Assembly: GCA_050692555.1 (NCBI GenBank)
Contig: JBOGVS010000002.1
Location: 50,651-114,650, forward strand
Source of the DNA: Actinomycetota bacterium
GTDB lineage: Bacteria; Actinomycetota; UBA4738; CALAEC01
Direction of reading: 5' to 3'
Length of the DNA stretch: 64,000 nt
How positions within the stretch are numbered: the stretch's first letter is position 1; each line of letters opens with the position of its first letter. The notes beneath the pieces are model-generated. The model did no database searches and was not told the origin of the DNA. It saw only the letters and a list, made by a program, of their open reading frames with translations. A program made the position numbers and the translations under genes. Shown in pieces: positions 49,290 to 56,543 of the stretch.

Positions 49290-50141
49290 GTGAGACCGGA
49301 TCGCGCGCCCTACCTCGGTCTGGTCCCGGAGCCCCAGCCGGGCGAGGTCAAGCTGTCCATGCGTGAGGTCTCGAAGACATTCGTGTCCGCTCGAGGGGAC
49401 ACCGTGCACGCTCTCGAGGACGTGACCTTCGACGTGGCGCCCGGCGAGTTCGTCTGTCTGCTGGGGCCAACGGGGAGCGGCAAGTCCACCATCCTGAACA
49501 TCCTTGCCGGGCTCGAACGGGCCGACCGGGGCGTGACCCTGATGGACGGCCGGCCGGTAACGGGGCCCGGACCCGACCGCGCGGTCCTGTTCCAGGACCC
49601 GGCTCTATTTCCGGCGATGAGCGTCTTGGGCAACGTCGAGTTCGCCCTGCGCATGGTGGGTGTCCCGGAAACGGAGCGGCGGGAGACGGCCATGCAGTGG
49701 CTTTCGAGGGTTCGTCTGACCACATTCGCTCGAGCCCAACCCCACGAGCTGTCGGCGGGCATGCGCCAGAGAGCCGCGCTTGCCAGAGCGCTCGCGTGTC
49801 GCCCGGATGTCCTCCTGGCCGACGAGCCGTTCGGCTCTTTGGACGCGCAGGCCCGAGAGCTCCTCCAGGAGCAGGTGCAGGAACTGTGGGCGGACACGGG
49901 GGCGACATTGGTGTTCGTGACCCACAACGTCCGGGAGGCGGCGCTGCTGGCCGACCGGGTGCTGCTCATGTCCGCATCGCCCGGGACCCTCCTCGAGGAG
50001 TACCGGATCCGGTCCCCCCGCCCCAGGCACCTCGAGGACCCGCTGCTGGCTCGGGTCGTGGTGGATATCCACGACCGGCTGCAGGAGGAGGTGAGCAAGG
50101 TTGTCGCGCGGGAGACGGACGCGCAGGAAGGTCTGGGCTAG
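49290..50141 (+). CDS. ABC transporter ATP-binding protein, NitT/TauT (SsuB/TauB-like) family
   Basis: GPTGSGKSTILNILAGL...LSAGMRQRAALARAL...LLADEPFGSLD. Confidence 0.8.
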   Translation: MRPDRAPYLGLVPEPQPGEVKLSMREVSKTFVSARGDTVHALEDVTFDVAPGEFVCLLGPTGSGKSTILNILAGLERADRGVTLMDGRPVTGPGPDRAVLFQDPALFPAMSVLGNVEFALRMVGVPETERRETAMQWLSRVRLTTFARAQPHELSAGMRQRAALARALACRPDVLLADEPFGSLDAQARELLQEQVQELWADTGATLVFVTHNVREAALLADRVLLMSASPGTLLEEYRIRSPRPRHLEDPLLARVVVDIHDRLQEEVSKVVARETDAQEGLG

Positions 50142-50880
50142 CCTCGCCGCGGTCGCCGGTGTGATCGGGTTGTGGTCGCTGCTCTCGGCGGGGCCGGTCT
50201 CGCCCTCTGACCTTCCATCCCCGGCCGCCGTGTGGTCGGCCTTGGTGGAGCGGTGGAGGGACGGCACCATTCCCATCGGCATCGAGACGAGCCTCATCAG
50301 GCTCGTCGTCGGCATGCTGGTGGCCGCAGCCGTCGGCACGTTGTTCGGCGTGTGGATGGCCTCGAATCGCTGGGTCCAGGACAGCCTCGGTCCGCTGATT
50401 GCCGGCCTTCTGGCGGTGCCTCCGATCGCATTGCTTCCGCTGGCCATCCTGTGGCTCGGGTTCACCGAACGGGCCGTGGTGTTCGTCGTCATCGTGGGAG
50501 CGTTGCCGGCGATCGCCATGGCCACGGCGGCCAGCATCCGCCAGGTGCCACCGCTCCTGATCCGCGCAGGCCGCACCCTGGGGGCTCAGGGATGGCTCCT
50601 GTACCGGCACGTCGTAGTGCCGACGGCGGTGCCCGGTTACGTCCAGGGGTTGCGCCAAGGGTGGGTATTCGCATGGCGGTCGTTGATGGCCGGCGAGCTG
50701 ATCGTGGCCGGTGGCCGAGGGCTCGGCCACGCACTGGACCGGGCCGGACGCGGTTTCGACGCCCCGACGGTGCTCGCGCTCATGGTTGCGATCGCCGCGA
50801 TCGGCATCCTCATCGACGCGGGCTTCGCCGCGATCGACCGCCGGGTGCGGGCGAAGCGCGGCCTGCTGGTCGCAGGCTGA
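50101..50880 (+). CDS. ABC transporter permease, SsuC/TauC-like
   Basis: Six TM BPD_transp_1 permease. It overlaps the ATPase gene 3' end by about 40 nt. Confidence 0.8.
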   Translation: MSRGRRTRRKVWASLAAVAGVIGLWSLLSAGPVSPSDLPSPAAVWSALVERWRDGTIPIGIETSLIRLVVGMLVAAAVGTLFGVWMASNRWVQDSLGPLIAGLLAVPPIALLPLAILWLGFTERAVVFVVIVGALPAIAMATAASIRQVPPLLIRAGRTLGAQGWLLYRHVVVPTAVPGYVQGLRQGWVFAWRSLMAGELIVAGGRGLGHALDRAGRGFDAPTVLALMVAIAAIGILIDAGFAAIDRRVRAKRGLLVAG

Positions 50881-50915
50881 GGTCGATCGAACATGCTGTG
50901 GAGTAGGGTGCCCGC

Positions 50916-51089
50916 ATGACCGAGGCGGCCGACTCCGGCGACTTCAGCGAACTCTCCGAGGAGGAGCGTCGGATCCTCCTCCAGGTCGTCGAGGTGCTGC
51001 GCCGGATCCGGTTCGGCACGATCCTGCTGATCGTGCAGGACGGGAAGGTAGTGCAGATCGAGATGGCCGAGAAGTTCCGACTTCGGTAG
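50916..51089 (+). CDS. YezD/DUF2292-family 57-aa protein (not in the ORF track)
   Basis: MTEAADSGDFSELSEEERRILLQVVEVLRRIRFGTILLIVQDGKVVQIEMAEKFRLR. The hallmark segment (IRFGTILLIVQDGKVVQIE) matches my recollection of the DUF2292/YezD motif. Confidence 0.5.
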   Translation: MTEAADSGDFSELSEEERRILLQVVEVLRRIRFGTILLIVQDGKVVQIEMAEKFRLR

Positions 51090-51141
51090 GCCTGGGGCTT
51101 CCTCGGTGGTCGTCCCGTCGCGAGATCGAGACCGACGCCGA

Positions 51142-53445
51142 CTACCTCTTCAGCTGGAACGGCACGCTCGACAGGACCACCCGCGGCTCGAACAGCAGCA
51201 TCCGCTTGATGAACAGCGCCCGGTTGTTGTGCAGCAGTCGGTGCCACCACCGGGTGACCAGGAACTCCGGGACGATCACTGCGGCAATCGTCCCCGGGTC
51301 GGCCGTCTCCTTCCGGACCTCCTCCAGCAGGGGGACGGTGAGGTCCCGGAACGGTGTCTCCACCACATCGAGCTGCATCCGGATGCCTCGCTCTGCCCAC
51401 TGCCGGAGGATCTCCGGTGCCTCCTCCGGCTCGGTGGCCAGGAAGACCGCCCGGGTCTTATGCGCATTGAGGCTGCGGGCGTAGTTGACCGCCCGAACCG
51501 TGGCATCGTGAGCTGCGGCCACAAAGACCAGGGCCACCACCCGCTCGGGGACCAGTGGACGCCCGACGGCATCCTCCGGCTGGTCCCTGCGGGCCAGCAC
51601 GGGAACGTCGGTGACGACCACTCCCGGCTCCTTCAGCAGGCGGAGCTTAAGGCGGAACGTTACCGGACGCGTGATGGCCCGTACCAGGGACCGCGTGGTG
51701 AACAGCTCCGGGATGACCACGGTCACGAAGTCCTTCCCGCCCCGAGGGATACGGCGCACGTGGTCGATCACCCCGTCGACCGGATCGGGGCTCCCCACGG
51801 ACATCAGGCGAGGGGCGCCCGGCGCCATCCTGTTCCACAGACCTTCGGCTTCGGTCGGGAGACGCTTCCCAACGTAGAGCGCATCGATGGAGGCGGGACG
51901 GAACGACCGCACGTATCCCACGGCCTCGGCCGCGGCGGCATCGATGTCCGTCATCACCAGCACCACGCGGGTCTCGCCGACATCCCCGAACGCGGTCCGG
52001 CCCCGTCCGAGCTCCTTCACCACCTCCTCGTAGTGCCGGTGGACCAACGAGAAGAGACCGACCAGGATGGGCATCGCCGCGATAACGATCCACGCTCCGC
52101 CGGCGAACTTCGTGACGGCCACGATCACCAAGACCACGCCCGTGGCGACGGCACCGATCGAGTTGATGACGGCGGCACGCTTCCAGCCCGACTCCCGAAG
52201 ACGGAGCCAGCGCCGCACCATACCCGTCTGGGACAGGGTGAATGCGGTGAACACCCCCACCACGTACAGCTGGATGAGCCGCGTCAGGTCGGCGTCGAAT
52301 GCCCACACCAGAAGGCCGGCCAGCGCGGCCAGCACGAAGATCCCGTTGGAGAACACCAGCCGGTCTCCCCGATTCTTGAATTGACTGGGCATGAAGCGGT
52401 CGCGGGCGAGGATCGCCGAGAGGCGAGGGAAGTCCTGGTACGCCGTGTTCGCCGCCAGGATCAGGATGAGCGCGGTGAAGACCTGGAGCACGTAGAACAT
52501 CGTGCCGCCTGAGAACACGGTCTCCCCGATCTGAGCAAGGACCGACTTCGCCCCCTCGAGGTGCTGACTAACCCGCACGTCCAGTGACCGCGCCAGGAAC
52601 GTGATCCCCAGGAACATGCTGATCGACATGGTCCCCATGACCGCAAGCGTCGTTGCCGCGTTGCGCGACTGGGGGCGGCGGAACGCCTGAACCCCATCGG
52701 CGATGGCCTCCACGCCGGTGAGCGCCGTCGAGCCGGAGGCGAACGCCTTCAGGACGACGAACAACGATAGGGCCTGCCCGGCTTCGAGAGGCAGAGTCGC
52801 GGAGGTCGCCTGACGGCACCCGCCGATGCACTGCACCAGGCCGGTGACCAAGGTGACGGCCACACAGGCCACGAACCCATACGTGGGGATGGCGAAGAGC
52901 GTCCCGGCTTCCTTCACGCCTCGCAGGTTGGCCAGCGAGATGATCGCGATAAGGATCAGGGCGATCGGTACGCGCGCGCCTGCCAACCCCGGCACGGCGG
53001 AGACGATGGCGATCGTTCCCGCCGTCACGCTGACGGCGACGGTAAGGACGTAGTCCTGCAGGATCGCCGCCGCAGCGATCAGACCAGGGACTGTCCCCAG
53101 GTTCTCCCGGGCCACGATGTAGGAACCGCCACCCGCCGGATAGGCCCGCACGGTCTGCCGATAGGAGGTGATGACCACGGCGAGCACCGCGGCGATCACC
53201 GCTGCGATCGGCAGCATCAGGCTGAAGGCGGCCGCTCCCGCCGCCGCCAGCACCAGCATCATCTCCTCGGTGGCGTATGCCACTGAGGAGAGGGGGTCCG
53301 ACGAGAAGACCGGGAGGGCCAGGGTCTTGGGCAGGAGGTGGTGCTCGTGCTTCGCGGTGGAGATGGCCCGGCCCAGTACCACGCGCTTCAAAAGGCCCCG
53401 CCCCCCCGGTTCCGTCCCCCGGGAGGGACGAACGGTCGTCCCCAT
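51142..53445 (-). CDS. APC-superfamily permease fused to two C-terminal USP-like (adenine-nucleotide alpha-hydrolase-like) domains; paralog 1
   Basis: N-terminal 12-TM permease (LLPKTLALPVFSSDPLSSVAYATEE...), then two tandem alpha/beta domains of about 130 aa (RVVLVMTDIDAAAAEAVGYVRS...; RVVALVFVAAAHDATVRAVNYARSL...AAVIVPEFL) with USP-like topology but no ATP-binding Gly motif. The start was chosen at MGTTV by alignment to the paralog. Confidence 0.8.
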   Translation of the reverse strand: MGTTVRPSRGTEPGGRGLLKRVVLGRAISTAKHEHHLLPKTLALPVFSSDPLSSVAYATEEMMLVLAAAGAAAFSLMLPIAAVIAAVLAVVITSYRQTVRAYPAGGGSYIVARENLGTVPGLIAAAAILQDYVLTVAVSVTAGTIAIVSAVPGLAGARVPIALILIAIISLANLRGVKEAGTLFAIPTYGFVACVAVTLVTGLVQCIGGCRQATSATLPLEAGQALSLFVVLKAFASGSTALTGVEAIADGVQAFRRPQSRNAATTLAVMGTMSISMFLGITFLARSLDVRVSQHLEGAKSVLAQIGETVFSGGTMFYVLQVFTALILILAANTAYQDFPRLSAILARDRFMPSQFKNRGDRLVFSNGIFVLAALAGLLVWAFDADLTRLIQLYVVGVFTAFTLSQTGMVRRWLRLRESGWKRAAVINSIGAVATGVVLVIVAVTKFAGGAWIVIAAMPILVGLFSLVHRHYEEVVKELGRGRTAFGDVGETRVVLVMTDIDAAAAEAVGYVRSFRPASIDALYVGKRLPTEAEGLWNRMAPGAPRLMSVGSPDPVDGVIDHVRRIPRGGKDFVTVVIPELFTTRSLVRAITRPVTFRLKLRLLKEPGVVVTDVPVLARRDQPEDAVGRPLVPERVVALVFVAAAHDATVRAVNYARSLNAHKTRAVFLATEPEEAPEILRQWAERGIRMQLDVVETPFRDLTVPLLEEVRKETADPGTIAAVIVPEFLVTRWWHRLLHNNRALFIKRMLLFEPRVVLSSVPFQLKR

Positions 53446-53642
53446 CAGCGGGTCTCGATCCCGCCGTTCCGGGCGCGCGAAGGATCCTCGGCCGGGCTCC
53501 GGGAGCCCGCCATCAGCCGCAGGATGTCCTCGTGGAGCCGGGCCTCCCGGCTGGCGTGCGCGTACTCGCGCCAGGCGATCCAAGACCGGATCACCGGCCC
53601 GACCAGCAGGCCGATCACGAAGCCACTCACCAGCTCAGCCAC
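53445..53642 (-). CDS. 65-aa single-TM micro-ORF translationally coupled to the permease-USP gene
   Basis: GTG start preceded by GGGAGGAGG at an 8-nt spacing. Product VAELVSGFVIGLLVGPVIRSWIAWREYAHASREARLHEDILRL... is a TM helix plus a charged tail. Its stop overlaps the permease ATG (TGATG). Confidence 0.35.
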   Translation of the reverse strand: MAELVSGFVIGLLVGPVIRSWIAWREYAHASREARLHEDILRLMAGSRSPAEDPSRARNGGIETR

Positions 53643-53791
53643 CTGCCCTACCTCCTCCCTCGCTGTTAACGGGCTCAGTGTCGGAGACCACCCGTAAACG
53701 GCCGGTGTGAGTTGGGGGTGAAGCCGTAAGAAGGTCGTTAAGAGGGCACGGAGGCGTTGTCAGTGACGGAGGGGGCGCCCAGACTGATCAC

Positions 53792-55213
53792 GTGCGCGCG
53801 CTTCAGCCGTCCCGATGGCCCCCGCCGTTCCGCGTGGCCATGCCGGCCCTCCTGTTCCCGGGCATCGCCACCGCGCTTGCCGCCCTTCCCTTTACCGTCT
53901 CCACGACCACAGCATCGATGGCCTTCGTCTTGGCGGTCACCGGGGCCGCCGTGGTCGGGGGTTCGGCTGCGGGGTTCGGAGCATCCCTCGTCTCGTTCCT
54001 GGCGCTCAACTTCTTCTTCACGCCTCCGCGGTTCACCTTGAGCGCCGGCAAAGGCGAGGACGTGGTCGCTCTGGTCGTGTTCCTGTTGGTCTCGGCGGTG
54101 GTGGGTTCGCTGTTGTCCCGCGCCATCGCCCAGCGCGTGCGGGCCGAGCGACGGGAGCGAGAAGCCCGGCTCCTTCAATACCTGGGGACGAGACTGTTGT
54201 CGGGAGAACCGCCCGAGGAGATCCTTCAGAGCTTCGGCCAGGCGCTCACCGAGCTGGTCGGCGTGAAGCGGTACGAGGTCTTCCTGGAACCCGGGAACCG
54301 TCTCGCCGTTGAGGCGGGCATCGCCGAACCGGGCCTTCATCTGGAGGAATTCCCAATCCTGTCAGGGAGCGATCGGGTCGGGTCGATCCGCATCCATGCC
54401 GGAGGCGAGCCGTCGGGGCTGGAGGAAGACCGCCGACGCCTGATCCGGGCGTTCGCGGCGCAGCTGGCCCTGGCCCTGGAGAGCGCCCGTCTGGCCCAGG
54501 TGGCCCGGGACGCCCGGGTGAGCGCGGAGCGCAGTCAGCTCCAGGCCGCCCTCCTTCAGTCGGTGACCCACGACCTCCGCACCCCTCTGGCCTCCATCAC
54601 GGCCTCCGTCACCAGCCTCCTCGACGCGAGCATGGAGCTCCGCCGGGAGGACCAGGGTGATCTCCTTGAAACGATCCGCCAGGAGGCCGAACGGCTGGAC
54701 AGATTGGTCGGAAATCTCCTCGACCTGTCCCAGCTGCGGGCCGGCGCCTTGACGCCGTCCAAGCGACCGGCGGCGATCGACGAGGTGGTGGAGGGAGTTC
54801 TAGCTCGCATGGAACCCACGTTGCGCCGGCACCGTCTCAACGTGATCCTCCGAGAGGGTCTGCCCGAGGTACCTTTCGACGTGGTCCAGATCGATCAGGC
54901 CCTGACGAACATCCTGGAGAACGCGGCGAAGTACAGCCCGCCGGGATCCCAGATCACCGTCTCCGCCGCTCGCTGGGACAACACCGTGCAGGTACGGATC
55001 GCCGACCAGGGTCCGGGGATTCCGGGTGACGCGCGTGAACGGGTATTCGAGCCGTTCTTCCGGGCGCCCGGAGGTGCGGCGGAGGGTACGGGGCTGGGGC
55101 TGGCGATCGCCCACGCCGTGGTGACAGCGCACGGGGGCACAATCTGGATCGAGCAAGCACCCGGCGGTGGCACCGCGGTGACCTTCCGGCTCCCATTGAG
55201 CAACCCTGCCTGA
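53792..55213 (+). CDS. KdpD-like sensor histidine kinase lacking the N-terminal KdpD and USP domains (DUF4118 membrane domain, GAF-like region, HisKA, HATPase_c)
   Basis: DUF4118-type TM block with LNFFFTPPRFTLS, H-box VTHDLRTPLASI, and ATPase motifs NILENAAKYSPPGS...GTGLGLAIAHAVV. The start (GTG at 53792 or ATG at 53840) is uncertain. Confidence 0.85.
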   Translation: MRALQPSRWPPPFRVAMPALLFPGIATALAALPFTVSTTTASMAFVLAVTGAAVVGGSAAGFGASLVSFLALNFFFTPPRFTLSAGKGEDVVALVVFLLVSAVVGSLLSRAIAQRVRAERREREARLLQYLGTRLLSGEPPEEILQSFGQALTELVGVKRYEVFLEPGNRLAVEAGIAEPGLHLEEFPILSGSDRVGSIRIHAGGEPSGLEEDRRRLIRAFAAQLALALESARLAQVARDARVSAERSQLQAALLQSVTHDLRTPLASITASVTSLLDASMELRREDQGDLLETIRQEAERLDRLVGNLLDLSQLRAGALTPSKRPAAIDEVVEGVLARMEPTLRRHRLNVILREGLPEVPFDVVQIDQALTNILENAAKYSPPGSQITVSAARWDNTVQVRIADQGPGIPGDARERVFEPFFRAPGGAAEGTGLGLAIAHAVVTAHGGTIWIEQAPGGGTAVTFRLPLSNPA

Positions 55214-55914
55214 TGGTAATCAGGGTGCTGGTCGTGGACGACGATCCGCAGATCCTCCGAGCCGTGCGCACGAGTCTCCAGGCGAGGGGGTACGACGTCC
55301 TGACCGCGGGAAACGGCGAGACGGCTCTCGATCTCATGAGCTCAGAGAACGTCGACATGATGGTCCTGGATCTCAGCCTGCCGGGCATCGACGGGCACGA
55401 GGTGATCCGAAGGATGCGGACCTTCTCGGAGGTGCCGGTGCTGGTCCTTTCGGTACGCGAGTCCCAGGACGACAAGATCCTGGCGCTGGACGCGGGGGCC
55501 GACGACTACGTCACCAAGCCCTTTGGCATCGGCGAGCTACTGGCCCGGATGCGCGCTCTGGAACGCCGCGCTCATCCCAACGCCGCTTCGCCACCGATCC
55601 TTCGGTTCGGTGAGCTGGAAGTCGACCTCCGCCGGCAGCTCGTGCGCCGGGGGAGCGAGCCGATCCGGCTCACCCCCACCGAATACCGCCTGCTGGAAGC
55701 CATGGTCACCAACCCCGGGAAGCTGCTCACCCATCGGTGGCTCTTGAGCAGGGTGTGGGGGCCTGGATACGCGACCGAGACCCACTACGTGCGGATCTAC
55801 GTCCGACAGCTCCGACAGAAACTGGGCGATGATCCGGCCCGCCCCCGGTACGTCGTCACGGAGTCCGGACTGGGCTACCGGTGGCTCCCTGAGCCCGAGG
55901 AGCGGGCCCCCTGA
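55213..55914 (+). CDS. KdpE-like OmpR-family response regulator
   Basis: Receiver domain plus winged helix. The C-terminal LTHRWLLSRVWGPGYATETHYVRIYVRQLRQKLGDDPARPRYVVTESGLGYRW closely matches E. coli KdpE. 1-nt overlap with the HK gene. Confidence 0.9.
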   Translation: MVIRVLVVDDDPQILRAVRTSLQARGYDVLTAGNGETALDLMSSENVDMMVLDLSLPGIDGHEVIRRMRTFSEVPVLVLSVRESQDDKILALDAGADDYVTKPFGIGELLARMRALERRAHPNAASPPILRFGELEVDLRRQLVRRGSEPIRLTPTEYRLLEAMVTNPGKLLTHRWLLSRVWGPGYATETHYVRIYVRQLRQKLGDDPARPRYVVTESGLGYRWLPEPEERAP

Positions 55915-55997
55915 GGAGACGGCGGGGGGGTAGCTCGCCAGGAGTCGTCCAGAAAAGACATCACCCGGCGAGCGGACCCCCTGAGGAGACATTGAGC

Positions 55998-56543
55998 TCA
56001 CAGCTCGATCTCAGAAGCCACCGACTGGAGACCCTCGATCCCCAGGGCGATGAACTCGTCGAGGGGTACTCCGAGACTGTCCTCGACATCGGTGATCTCC
56101 TGGCGGTTGACACCGGGAGCGAAGGCCTTCTCCTTCAGCTTCTTCTTCACCGACGAGACCTTCATTCCGTCCGCCTTTTGCGGCCGGACCAACGCCGCGG
56201 CGACCAGCAGTCCGGCGACCGCATCGGCGTGCACCACGGCCTTGGACATCCGATCCGTCCGATAGGACTCGTGGGCATGGGCCAGGACCCCGTTCACCAC
56301 CTTCTCGTCGACGCCTGCTTCCCGCAGCCATTCGGCCGCCTGGTAGGCGTGCCGGTCCGGGTTGTCGTGCGTCTGGTCCTGGTCGAGATCGTGGAACAGC
56401 CCGACGAGCGCCCATGTGTCCTCGTCCTCGCCGAAATGCTGGGCCAGCCGCCGCATCACTCCCTCCACGCTGATCAGGTGGCGGACGGTGGTCTCCTTCT
56501 CCCCTTTCTCCCGTACCAGCTTCAGCGCTTCACCTCGATCCAT
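55998..56543 (-). CDS. HD-domain phosphohydrolase
   Basis: HD motif (VGLFHDLD...HAYQAAEWL...VLAHAHE). Co-oriented with permease paralog 2 and overlapping it by 14 nt. Confidence 0.7.
   Translation of the reverse strand: MDRGEALKLVREKGEKETTVRHLISVEGVMRRLAQHFGEDEDTWALVGLFHDLDQDQTHDNPDRHAYQAAEWLREAGVDEKVVNGVLAHAHESYRTDRMSKAVVHADAVAGLLVAAALVRPQKADGMKVSSVKKKLKEKAFAPGVNRQEITDVEDSLGVPLDEFIALGIEGLQSVASEIEL

Noticed and set aside
53792-53840. Alternative upstream start giving KdpD-like kinase an extra 16 aa
   Set aside because: Neither start has a clear SD and both are compatible with the DUF4118 domain. This is left as start uncertainty rather than as a separate feature.
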